Part shown: positions 36,002 through 45,181 of the stretch, one piece after another
Numbering within the stretch: the first letter of the stretch is position 1
How the letters are laid out: each line of letters begins with the position of its first letter
Source of the DNA: an uncultured Erysipelotrichaceae bacterium
GTDB lineage: Bacteria; Bacillota_I; Bacilli_A; RFN20; CAG-826
Assembly (NCBI GenBank): GCA_902802355.1
Contig: CADCLU010000001.1
Coordinates: forward strand, 5,533-69,532
Length of the DNA: 64,000 bases
Reading direction: 5' to 3'
Made by a program: the position numbers and the translations under genes
The notes under the pieces: generated by a model
The model's input: the letters and a program-made list of their open reading frames with translations, nothing else
Databases searched by the model: none
Told to the model about the DNA's origin: nothing

Positions 36002-38788
36002 CTAAGATTTTTCCTCTTCTTTCAAAAAATTTCTCCGCTTCACCCAGAGCCTGATGAAAATGAGGGCTATGACAAGACCCAAAAGTCCGATGGCGACTGT
36101 GACTAGAGGCGGAATGAAATCTGGATAAAACGTAGCATTTGAAGAGAAGCTCTCTTTTATGACGGAATCCACTGCTACTTCTAAAGAGAAAAGAGCAAAA
36201 ACTGAAGTGATTATCGAATAAATTGTGACGATAAGAAGACTCGCTCCATAACTCTCGAAAATCTCTTCTCGCTTGATTCCGAGGGTATGAAGCAGCTTTC
36301 CTTCGTGTTTATTCTCTAAGCCCGTTAGGAGAGCGACGACGAGAAGCAAGAAGCCCGCGGTCACCAAAGTGACGATGCTCGCAATTTCTAGCGCAAGTTT
36401 TACGTAAGATGTGACACTTGAGACGGATTCTTTGACGTTTTCGGTCGGATCGACGAACCGATAATCGGAATATTGAGCACCCAAAATCTTTGTCACTTCA
36501 GCACCGTCATAGCCTTTCTTGAGTCGGAAAACCGCCTTTGAAGGACCAAGCAGGAAGGAACTCATTCCAAGCACATCCCTCCAATAGTCGATGCACCAGT
36601 ATTCGTTGCCGTATAGAACATCGAGGTCATTCTCCACTACCCCAACGACTTTCAGCTCTCCGATGCGGTAATCACGATCTAGATAACCTCCAGAAATTGA
36701 GCTTTCGACCATGCCAGCGCAATAAAGAGTCTCACGCTTCCCAAGTTTGTTTTTCAAACTTGTACTGATACAAACCTCATATGATGTCTCCGGTTTTCTT
36801 CCTTCGGTTAGATTTGAAAAATCACTTGAGAAGGTGAGTGCTGTATTTCTTGGTTTCAGAACGTTTCCAAGGACGACCTTGGGTGGGAGTTTGACGTCGC
36901 TCATGGCATCGCCTCTTGGAACCCTCGTTAAGGCGTCGCTGGCTAATTCGACGTCTTCTTTTGATGGTCCCAGAAAGAAGGGGCTCGTGAATCCACAGGC
37001 TAAAGAGTCAGGGTAGAAGGAATAAGAATTCTCGCCATAGACCTCGGCCGAGACAAAGCATTCTCTCTTCCCTATCTCTTCAATCTTTTTCGGAGAAAGG
37101 TAATCACCGTCAGAGAGAAAGACATAATACCGGTTAAGAGACCCAGCGAAGCCTTTCCGATTATGTGTTTGGTCATAGGTGTAACTAGTCCTTTCATAAA
37201 CATATGTTTTCCCTTCTTTTTCATTTCTCGATTTTTCGAAAAAACCCTGCAAATCATCATTTAATTGCAGAAAATATGCCTTTTTTAGAACCCATGGCAG
37301 GGAATTGTTTTCCTCGTTATCGCTAGGAAACCTCATCCTTTCCTCGAAGATATGTTCGTTCCATTTGTGGTCGTAATGGAGGATCGTCGGAGAGTCTCCT
37401 TCGGTCACCGAAACGACTTTGAAATACTGAGTGTCTGCATATGACCAATCGTCATTGGCAACTTCTAGAAAGAGATCTAGTTGCTGGTTCATCAAAGACT
37501 TTCCGAGATTCTCGAAGTCCCTGATTATGTGAAGCCCTTCGCACATCTTGACCATGGCCGCATATGGAAGAGAAAGAACGACCTGGTCTTCTTCTAGAAC
37601 CTTAGGTAGAGATGGGTAGAACGTTTTGTCTACGAAGTCGTCTAACCACAAGAAATCGTTAATAGACCTAACCGACATCGAAGGAATATCTATGGCTTTG
37701 CCATAAGAAGAGAAATACATGTGATTTGCGGTTGGGAAATAGCTTTCGAAAGGGACAATATACGAAGTGCCGTAACCCTCAACGTATTTAGAGTTCTTGA
37801 AGGCAATTTGATCCACTTCTTCTTCACTTGCGGAAATCACTCTTCCAAAGGATGGCGAGGAGCCTGCTTTCTCAACGACCACGACATCGTCGCCCGTTAA
37901 AGAGGAGAAAGCCTTTGTCAGTTCGCTTTCTAAGTCTCGAGAAACATATAGAGACAGGCCTAAAGACACCAATGAAAATACGAGAATGATGACCGAGATA
38001 AGCGTCCTTCCTTTCTTGGCCTTCAGAAGGTGATATCCATGACGAAGCCAAGTTGAGAAGGGGATGGATGGCCTGTTCTCTTTAGTCATGTTTGAAGAGA
38101 GATATGGCTTACTATCAGAAGACAAAGTCTTCTCGAAACGAATATCGCCATCTTCTAGGTATAGGATCGAGTCACAATATTTCTTACTTCTCTCAAGATC
38201 ATGGGAGACGAGAAGAACAAGCCTGGTTTTCGATATCTTGGAAAGAAGCTCATAGATGATCTCGGCGTTCTTCTCATCCAACGCACCCGTAGGCTCATCA
38301 GCCAAAACAATGTTTGGATTGTTTACCAAGGCCCTCGCCAAAGCGACTCTTTGTTTCTCGCCTCCGGAGATGGAACCGACCATCTGTTTCTCTTTGTCCC
38401 AAAGGTTGCAGTTATAGAGAGCCTCTTTCACTTTTTGTCTTATTTCTCTTTTCCCTAACTTGCTTCCTCTAAGGGGCAAAGCGACATTATCAAAAACGTC
38501 TTCCAAGCCCAAAAGATCATAGTTTTGCCGTATAAATCCGATTTTTGATAGGCGAAAATCCGAGATTTCCCCTTCTTTCAAAAGACTAAGGTTCTTTCCT
38601 AATGTGAGAACCTCTCCGCCATATTTGGTGTCTAGTCCAGACACTATTTCTAGGAGAGTGCTCTTACCACTTCCCGATTCTCCAACGACAACGAAAAGAC
38701 CTTTCTCAGGAAGGGCGAAAGAAACATCGTTGAAGATGACTCTTTCTCCAAAGCTCTTGCTAAGGTGTTTAACGACCAAGGAATTCAT
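36002..38788 (-). CDS. MacB-type fusion: ABC ATPase + TM1 + ~510-aa ectodomain + FtsX-type C-terminal helices
   Basis: 928 aa. GESGSGKST, SGGEKQRVALARA and VLADEPTGALD. TM1 is near residue 262 and three C-terminal TMs start near residue 796. Confidence 0.8.
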   Translation of the reverse strand: MNSLVVKHLSKSFGERVIFNDVSFALPEKGLFVVVGESGSGKSTLLEIVSGLDTKYGGEVLTLGKNLSLLKEGEISDFRLSKIGFIRQNYDLLGLEDVFDNVALPLRGSKLGKREIRQKVKEALYNCNLWDKEKQMVGSISGGEKQRVALARALVNNPNIVLADEPTGALDEKNAEIIYELLSKISKTRLVLLVSHDLERSKKYCDSILYLEDGDIRFEKTLSSDSKPYLSSNMTKENRPSIPFSTWLRHGYHLLKAKKGRTLISVIILVFSLVSLGLSLYVSRDLESELTKAFSSLTGDDVVVVEKAGSSPSFGRVISASEEEVDQIAFKNSKYVEGYGTSYIVPFESYFPTANHMYFSSYGKAIDIPSMSVRSINDFLWLDDFVDKTFYPSLPKVLEEDQVVLSLPYAAMVKMCEGLHIIRDFENLGKSLMNQQLDLFLEVANDDWSYADTQYFKVVSVTEGDSPTILHYDHKWNEHIFEERMRFPSDNEENNSLPWVLKKAYFLQLNDDLQGFFEKSRNEKEGKTYVYERTSYTYDQTHNRKGFAGSLNRYYVFLSDGDYLSPKKIEEIGKRECFVSAEVYGENSYSFYPDSLACGFTSPFFLGPSKEDVELASDALTRVPRGDAMSDVKLPPKVVLGNVLKPRNTALTFSSDFSNLTEGRKPETSYEVCISTSLKNKLGKRETLYCAGMVESSISGGYLDRDYRIGELKVVGVVENDLDVLYGNEYWCIDYWRDVLGMSSFLLGPSKAVFRLKKGYDGAEVTKILGAQYSDYRFVDPTENVKESVSSVTSYVKLALEIASIVTLVTAGFLLLVVALLTGLENKHEGKLLHTLGIKREEIFESYGASLLIVTIYSIITSVFALFSLEVAVDSVIKESFSSNATFYPDFIPPLVTVAIGLLGLVIALIFIRLWVKRRNFLKEEEKS

Positions 38789-40824
38789 TCGTCTCTTAAC
38801 TCCTCCGCTAGAGGTCTCTTGGCCACAAACGTTAAAGGCAAAGCTGAACTAAATAGGGCAACAATCAAGGCGAAAACGATCGTCACAGCGATTGGTAACA
38901 TAGGGTATCCAAGATATGAGAAGTATGGGATGTCTATGAGAGATGACATTCCCGTTTGGCTTTTGAGATATGAGGAAAGAAGTCTCTCCAAAGGGAAAGA
39001 CAAAACCAAAGCGATTATTGAAGAGAGGAAGGCGTTAAGAAAGCCTTCCCCTTCATAAATGAAGGAGCGGTCATTCTTGCTAGCCCCTAGAGCCGTAAGG
39101 ATGGCCGCTTGTTTCCTCCTTTCCATGAAAGAGGAATATGAGAGTGAGCCCAGGATGAAGGCGATGCCTAAAACCTCAATGATGATAAAAGGAATCAGAC
39201 ACCCGGCAAACGCATCAGTCAGAGCCATAAATGACTGATTGATCGCTAGAGGGTCGCTCGTTAGAGATAGTCCCCCTACCTCCATCCCGGAATTCTCAAT
39301 CCTCCACATATCCTTTTCTTTGAAAAACGTCAGATAGGAGTAACCAGAGTATTCTGACGATGGGGAGGCTTCACTGACGAAAGAAGCGACACTCACGGAT
39401 TCGCCTCTTTCCTTAGAGATGTTTGGGAGTTTGGTCCTTGCCATCTCTTTCGACAAAGCAGGGTATGAATAGTAAACCCTTGGAACATTTAAGAAAGGGA
39501 ACTCATGGACGACACCAAGAACTCTGAAGTTATAAGAGAGCTCTACATCATCCGTGATATCGCCTTCGCTCACTTTTGTTTTGCTTCTGACAGTAAGAAT
39601 CTTGCCAAGGGCTTTCTCTCCGAGGTTCTTTTCGAATTCTTCGTTAACGAGAGCAAAGCTCATGCTCTCTCCTTGCGGGGCCCTGCCCTCTACGAGGAAA
39701 GTTTTTTCCCTGTCTTTTAGGCTGAGATCATTAATTGGACAAAAGGCCACCGGATCCTTTGGGAAGCCATTGGACTCGTATGCGTTATAAGTCGGAAGAA
39801 AAAAGGAGTAATCATTACCTATAACGACATCGAGTCCTTTAAAGGCTTCGACAACCTCATCTTTGGATGGCCTAACCGTTTTGCTTAGGCTCAAGGGAGA
39901 ACCTTCAATCGCGTAGGAGGTTTTCTTTGAGACGTTCGCGACCGTATATAGAAGAGATGATGAACGTTCTTCCTCAAGTTTCTTTTGAGAACCTGTATAG
40001 AAGCCTAAAGACAAAAGCAATGTGGCATAGCCGATAGCGCCGCTTATAAGAGCAACCGCATTCTTAACCTTATTGCCTTTGTAGTTATGCCCAAGGAATG
40101 AAGAGAGGAATCCATAATTGGTTTTCTTCTTACGAATAACCATCTCTTCTTCGACCTCAGGAAAAGAAAGCGGCTTCGAGATTTGCCTTCCGTCTTTTAG
40201 TTCGATCACATGGTCTGCGTATTTGGAGATAATTCTTTCGTTGTGAGAGACAAGGACAACGAGTATGTCTTTCGAGAGTGCCTTAAGCTCATCCATGACA
40301 ATCTTCTCGTTGCCCTTATCAAGCGCGCCGGTTGGTTCATCGGCAAAGAGAACCTTGGGTTCAGTTATGATCGATCGGCATAAAGCGACGCGCTGTTTCT
40401 CGCCACCACTTAGAAGTTTGACCTTCTTGTTTTTATGCTCAAAAAGGCCGAATTTCTCTAAAAGCGACGTGGATTTGCTGTAGATTTCTTGATCTTTATC
40501 CCCTCGGAGTTGGAGAGGGAGCTCAATGTTTTGGACGACAGATAATTCTTCCTCTAAGTTGAAATGCTGGTAGACGAAAGAACATTCAAACGACCTAAAC
40601 GAGTCCCTCTCCTTCTCCTTTAAGGAGGAGGTGTCTATGCCCTTATAAAAGATTTTCCCCTCCGTTGGCGTCTCCATTAAGGACATGAGGTTCAGAAGCG
40701 TGCTCTTACCTGAGCCGCTTTTCCCCTTGATTGCCACAAGACCATTAGAAGGAAGAGAAAAAGAGATGTTCTCTAATGCGAGAAAGTCACCGAATCTCTT
40801 GCTCACGTTCTCAAGGCGATACAT
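38785..40824 (-). CDS. MacB-type fusion: ABC ATPase + TM1 + ~250-aa ectodomain + FtsX-type C-terminal helices
   Basis: Start chosen at MYRLENV (SD ggagg 7 nt upstream). GKSGSGKST, SGGEKQRVALCRS and LFADEPTGALD. There is a 4-nt overlap with the downstream paralogue. Confidence 0.8.
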   Translation of the reverse strand: MYRLENVSKRFGDFLALENISFSLPSNGLVAIKGKSGSGKSTLLNLMSLMETPTEGKIFYKGIDTSSLKEKERDSFRSFECSFVYQHFNLEEELSVVQNIELPLQLRGDKDQEIYSKSTSLLEKFGLFEHKNKKVKLLSGGEKQRVALCRSIITEPKVLFADEPTGALDKGNEKIVMDELKALSKDILVVLVSHNERIISKYADHVIELKDGRQISKPLSFPEVEEEMVIRKKKTNYGFLSSFLGHNYKGNKVKNAVALISGAIGYATLLLSLGFYTGSQKKLEEERSSSLLYTVANVSKKTSYAIEGSPLSLSKTVRPSKDEVVEAFKGLDVVIGNDYSFFLPTYNAYESNGFPKDPVAFCPINDLSLKDREKTFLVEGRAPQGESMSFALVNEEFEKNLGEKALGKILTVRSKTKVSEGDITDDVELSYNFRVLGVVHEFPFLNVPRVYYSYPALSKEMARTKLPNISKERGESVSVASFVSEASPSSEYSGYSYLTFFKEKDMWRIENSGMEVGGLSLTSDPLAINQSFMALTDAFAGCLIPFIIIEVLGIAFILGSLSYSSFMERRKQAAILTALGASKNDRSFIYEGEGFLNAFLSSIIALVLSFPLERLLSSYLKSQTGMSSLIDIPYFSYLGYPMLPIAVTIVFALIVALFSSALPLTFVAKRPLAEELRDE

Positions 40825-40857
40825 AAAAACCCCTCCGCTTTTCATATAGAGGGGTTT
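40825..40857 (-). terminator. terminator-like hairpin whose 3' arm contains the SD of the following ABC gene
   Basis: The minus strand reads cccctc-tatatgaaaagcg-gagggg-ttttt and is followed directly by ATG at 40824. GGAGG lies inside the 3' arm. Confidence 0.5.
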
Positions 40858-40875
40858 CAGGGATTTTTCCGAAAA

Positions 40876-41088
40876 TTATTTAATTTCGCCTTCGTGGTGG
40901 GCGATGACTTTCTTGATCCTCTGATTGAACTTGTCGCGATCAATCATGATGACGTTTCCACATCCAAGGCACTTCACCTTAATGTCCGCGCCTACACGCA
41001 CGATTTGAAAACGCTTGCTTCTAGCGGTGCATGGGTGAGGCTTCTTGAGCTCGACTTCATCAAAGAGTCCGTATTCTGGGATTAACAA
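40876..41088 (-). CDS. DUF951-family small protein
   Basis: 70 aa. KKPHPCTARSKRFQIVRVGADIKVKCLGCGNVIMIDR matches the DUF951 pattern. The start is TTG with SD ggagg 7 nt upstream. Confidence 0.7.
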   Translation of the reverse strand: MLIPEYGLFDEVELKKPHPCTARSKRFQIVRVGADIKVKCLGCGNVIMIDRDKFNQRIKKVIAHHEGEIK

Positions 41089-41798
41089 GATTTATCCTCC
41101 ATGTTTAAGTTCGTTAGTTTTTTTATTACGTAGAACGATATCAATAAACCGCTGGCGGAAGGGACCATCATCATGGATGAAGGATGCTCTGTTTTCACAA
41201 GCGGTTCTTCGGTTGAGATGACGCAGGTGAATTTATCGAGAGGAAGATTTTCTTTCTTGGCAGCCGCTCTTAAGGCTCTGGCCAAAGGATCGCCTGTGGT
41301 TTGGTTCAGTTTGACGATCTTGAGCTTGCTTGGATCAAGACGGTTTCCCATGCCACAGCAGATGATGTCTGGGATGCCTTTCTCGATTGAGTATTTCATT
41401 AAGGCGATCTTGGCTTTGATGTCATCAACGCAGTCGATGATGAATTCGCATTTGCCGAAATCTTTGTCCTTAAGGGTTTCTTCAGAAACGGAGAAGTTCA
41501 TTGGAACAACTTCGACATCTTGTCTAATGAGCTTCGCTCTCACGAAAGCGCATAACGCTTTTTGGGCGCCGATCTGGTCAGCGGTGAAAAGGATCTGACG
41601 GTTGAGGTTAGATTCAGCGACTACATCACGGTCAACTGCATAGATGTGTCCAACGCCTGCACGCACAAGCGATTCGAAAGCCGTTCCCCCTACTCCGCCT
41701 AAACCGAAAACGGCGACGGTTTTGTCTTTGAGGGTTTTGACTGCTTCCTCACCGATAAGAAGGGTTGTTCTTGAATCAATTGTCTCGTTCATTTTCAA
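41082..41798 (-). CDS. tcdA: tRNA threonylcarbamoyladenosine dehydratase (ThiF/E1-like, TcdA type)
   Basis: 238 aa. Rossmann motif VFGLGGVGG and DVVAESNLNRQ. Its size and lack of a Cys-rich C-terminus fit TcdA rather than ThiF or MoeB. Confidence 0.75.
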   Translation of the reverse strand: MKMNETIDSRTTLLIGEEAVKTLKDKTVAVFGLGGVGGTAFESLVRAGVGHIYAVDRDVVAESNLNRQILFTADQIGAQKALCAFVRAKLIRQDVEVVPMNFSVSEETLKDKDFGKCEFIIDCVDDIKAKIALMKYSIEKGIPDIICCGMGNRLDPSKLKIVKLNQTTGDPLARALRAAAKKENLPLDKFTCVISTEEPLVKTEHPSSMMMVPSASGLLISFYVIKKLTNLNMEDKSC

Positions 41799-42660
41799 TC
41801 ACCTTCAATATATCTTCTAAAGAAGAAACTTCAATGGCAGGGAACTGATGCCTGAAGAAAGTATCCTGGCGCTTAACGTAGTGACGCGTATCGAGTTTGA
41901 TGTTCTCGATAACGGTCTCGATGTCTTGTTTGCCTTCAACGTAAGGGATGAACTCTTTCACCCCGATGGCTCTGAACGCCGGAGCGTCTTCCCCATACTT
42001 CTTAAGGAGAGGAACGACTTCATTCTCGAGACCCATCTCAACCATCTTGTCCACTCTCTTATCAAGAGCAGGGTAAAGGTCTTCTCTGTCTTTCTCAAGA
42101 ACGAAGAAAAGGGTCTTCTCAATAGGTTCGTGATTCTGCTTGGAGAGAAGTTCGGTTTTGCTTGTTCCGGCAGCAAGGCAAATCATGATGCTTCTAAGCA
42201 TGCGCTGCCTATTCTGATATGGGATCTTCTCAGCCTCTGTCGGATCAAGTTTCTCTAACTCTTCATGAAGGGCTTCATTGGTCCAGGAATCATACTTCGA
42301 CATATCCACGTTAGATGTGTCTAAAGTGAGGTCATAGTCATATAAAGCCGCACGGATATAAAGGCCACTTCCACCAACGAATATAGGTGTTTTGCCAAGG
42401 TTTTTTAGTTTTTTGATGGTATTTCTCGCGTCTTCTTGATAACGATGGATGTCATATCCTTCGGTCAATGGAACGAATGAGTAAAGGTGATGAGGGACTT
42501 CCTTTTTCTGTTCTTCGCTTGGTGCAGCGGTAGAGATGCTAAGCTCTTCATAAACCTGAAAAGCGTCGGCGTTGATGATTTCGCCGTCTAGCTTCTTGGC
42601 AAGGGCGATGGCTAATTCGCTTTTGCCGGTTCCTGTTGCGCCAGTGAGAACGATGATCAT
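41776..42660 (-). CDS. miaA: tRNA dimethylallyltransferase
   Basis: 294 aa. P-loop LTGATGTGKS, and GGSGLYIRA. Confidence 0.9.
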   Translation of the reverse strand: MIIVLTGATGTGKSELAIALAKKLDGEIINADAFQVYEELSISTAAPSEEQKKEVPHHLYSFVPLTEGYDIHRYQEDARNTIKKLKNLGKTPIFVGGSGLYIRAALYDYDLTLDTSNVDMSKYDSWTNEALHEELEKLDPTEAEKIPYQNRQRMLRSIMICLAAGTSKTELLSKQNHEPIEKTLFFVLEKDREDLYPALDKRVDKMVEMGLENEVVPLLKKYGEDAPAFRAIGVKEFIPYVEGKQDIETVIENIKLDTRHYVKRQDTFFRHQFPAIEVSSLEDILKVIENERDN

Positions 42661-44390
42661 TTTATGGAATCCCTGATTGCGATGAGTTCGCTTTCGACTC
42701 TCTCTGTTAGAGCGTCTCTATTCTGAAGAAGAGGGTGGTTACGAATCTTCGCTAGGATAGATTCATATTCTTCTTTCTTCTCTTTATGTTTGTCCGTTCC
42801 CGTTGATAAGGCTAGTTCTTTTTTAGCCTTAACAAGTTCTTCGCCCATCGCTTTGATCTCTGGGTCAGAGGAAATCTCGTTATTGAGGGAAGCATATTCC
42901 TTTAATAAAGGATCGTGTTCCATATGGAAGGCGACGTCACGGGCTTTTGCGACGAGAGGATCTTCCACCATTTCTCCCTTAAGGGAGTAAACATGTGATT
43001 CAAGGATCTTAACTTTAACGAAGCAACCGGTGAGATAAGAAGGTCCAACGAAGTTGACGAGCTTGCCGTTTCTCGCGTATCCAGAAAGGACATTTGAGTC
43101 ACGTTTAGAAGTTCCATCAACAAGGACTTCATAGGTTTTGCCGACCATGGCTCCGCTGTGAGCGGCGGTCAAATCATCGACCAAGGCTTTGAGGCGGTTG
43201 AATCTTTCGTGAGAGACCTCTGGAGGAACCTGCACCATCTTGGCGGCAGGAGTTCCTGGACGAGGAGAATAGATAAAGGTGAAAGCGCTCGAATATCCGA
43301 CTTCCTTAGCCAAGCTAAGGGTATCTTGGAATTCTTCTTCGGTCTCACCTGGGAAACCGACAATGATATCGGTGGTAAGAGAGATATCTGGAATCTTCTT
43401 TTTGATAGCAGCGACTCTCTCAAGATATTCTTCCCTGGTGTATCTTCTGGCCATTCTTCTTAAACAAGAAGAGGAACCGCTTTGGACAGGGAAGTGAAGC
43501 CATTTGTCGATGTTGTCATATTTGGCCATGATGTCGATCATCTCGTCATCGAACTGGCTTGGATACGAAGTGAGGAAACGAAGGCGAGGAACGCCAAGTT
43601 TCGCAACCTCTTCAAGCAAGCGGGCAAAGGTTGTTCCGTCTTTAAGGTCTAAACCATAGCTATTAACGTTCTGTCCAAGAAGAGTGATCTGCTTATAGCC
43701 ATCATCGACGAGCTTCTTGCATTCGGCGACGACATCTTCGATGTGACGGCTTCTTTCACGGCCTCTTGTGAATGGGACGATGCAGTATGTGCAGAACTTG
43801 TCGCATCCATAGGCGATGTTAACAAAAGCTTGAGTGTCATCGAGACGAACGGACGGAAGGTTCTCAACAATCTCTGATGAGAATGAACGGATATTGATGA
43901 TCGATTTCTTCTCTTTGAGATGCTCGGCGATGAGGTCGTTGATCTTGGCGACATCGTGAGTGCCGATGACAAGGCTGATAAAAGGATAGGTGGCGATTAA
44001 GCTCTCCCCTACTCCGTCTTCGCCCATGACGCATCCAGCGATGATGAGAATGAAATCTTTGTTCTTGGTGTGGTTGGCTTTGAAGGAACCGATCTCACCA
44101 TAGATCTTCTCTTCAGCATTCTCTCTGACAGCGCAGGTATTGATGATCGCGACATCGGCTTTAGCCTGGTCGTAAGTGCGTTCAAAACCGGCTTCAGTTA
44201 AGAAGCCTGCCATGACTTCCTCATCGCGGATATTGGCCTGACATCCATAGGTTCTGATATAGAAATAACGTCCTTTTGCGAAGGATTTTAGGATTTCTGG
44301 CACTTTTCTGTTAGCGAAAACGCGTTCCACTTCCGGACGCTTGGCCGCATCTTTCTGGCAAGGTTTGTTGATGATCTTAACTTTGCTCAT
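42657..44390 (-). CDS. miaB: tRNA-2-methylthio-N6-dimethylallyladenosine synthase with a ~100-aa C-terminal YmcA/YlbF-like extension
   Basis: Start chosen at MSKVKII (SD ggag; 1 nt after the ymdB stop). YIRTYGCQAN, radical-SAM CDKFCTYC and a TRAM-like end (VKILESHVYSLKGEMV). A further 101 aa follow. Confidence 0.9.
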   Translation of the reverse strand: MSKVKIINKPCQKDAAKRPEVERVFANRKVPEILKSFAKGRYFYIRTYGCQANIRDEEVMAGFLTEAGFERTYDQAKADVAIINTCAVRENAEEKIYGEIGSFKANHTKNKDFILIIAGCVMGEDGVGESLIATYPFISLVIGTHDVAKINDLIAEHLKEKKSIINIRSFSSEIVENLPSVRLDDTQAFVNIAYGCDKFCTYCIVPFTRGRERSRHIEDVVAECKKLVDDGYKQITLLGQNVNSYGLDLKDGTTFARLLEEVAKLGVPRLRFLTSYPSQFDDEMIDIMAKYDNIDKWLHFPVQSGSSSCLRRMARRYTREEYLERVAAIKKKIPDISLTTDIIVGFPGETEEEFQDTLSLAKEVGYSSAFTFIYSPRPGTPAAKMVQVPPEVSHERFNRLKALVDDLTAAHSGAMVGKTYEVLVDGTSKRDSNVLSGYARNGKLVNFVGPSYLTGCFVKVKILESHVYSLKGEMVEDPLVAKARDVAFHMEHDPLLKEYASLNNEISSDPEIKAMGEELVKAKKELALSTGTDKHKEKKEEYESILAKIRNHPLLQNRDALTERVESELIAIRDSIK

Positions 44391-44391
44391 T

Positions 44392-45171
44392 CTATTTCTC
44401 CACGATGCTGACGATTGGGGTGATCGCAGTTGCTTTATAGGTAAGTTCGTCAACGTCGATGAGGACGGCGTTGATCATCATCCTGGCTTTGTCGTTTAAC
44501 TCAAAACGACCTTCGCCATAGACGATTCTGTTGATGACGCTTTCTTTCTCGAAACCGATAACGCCATCAGGGTCACCGCACATTCCGACATCGCTTTGGA
44601 AAGCCGTTCCGCCTTCTAAGATGTGAGCATCGCTCGTGGCGACGTGGGTGTGGGTGCCAAGAACCGCGGTTACGCGGCCATCGAAGAAGTGTCCGAAGAT
44701 GGCCTTCTCACTTGTTGAGTCGGCGTGGAAGTCGACGATATGGATGCAAGGTTTGGTTTCTTCCAAAAGGTCTTCCATCGTTTTGATTGGATCTTCCACC
44801 TCTTCATTCATGAAAGCCTGACCCATGACATTGGTGACACGGACATCAAGGCCGTTCACGGTGAAGACGGCTGAGCCTTCTCCGAGAGCGTACCCTTTGA
44901 GGTTGATTGGCCTCACAAGATTATCGGCATCGTCGATGTAGTAATCGATCTGGCTCTTCCCATGATAATGGTTTCCAAGGGTGACGCAGTCGACACCGCT
45001 TTCGACAAGGAAATGGTAATTGGATTCGGTGAGTCCTTTTCCGTGTGAGGCGTTCTCGCCGTTGGCGATGACGAAATCAACGCCATATTTTTTGACGAGT
45101 TTAGGCAAAGAAAGATGGACCGCATCGCGACCCACCTTCCCTACAATGTCTCCAAAGAAAAGGATTCTCAT
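44392..45171 (-). CDS. ymdB: YmdB-type metallophosphoesterase (2',3'-cyclic-nucleotide phosphodiesterase family)
   Basis: 259 aa. MRILFFGDIVG, GENASHGKG and DFHAD motifs. It lies directly after rny, as in Bacillus. Confidence 0.85.
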   Translation of the reverse strand: MRILFFGDIVGKVGRDAVHLSLPKLVKKYGVDFVIANGENASHGKGLTESNYHFLVESGVDCVTLGNHYHGKSQIDYYIDDADNLVRPINLKGYALGEGSAVFTVNGLDVRVTNVMGQAFMNEEVEDPIKTMEDLLEETKPCIHIVDFHADSTSEKAIFGHFFDGRVTAVLGTHTHVATSDAHILEGGTAFQSDVGMCGDPDGVIGFEKESVINRIVYGEGRFELNDKARMMINAVLIDVDELTYKATAITPIVSIVEK

Positions 45172-45181
45172 CTTCCTTTGA

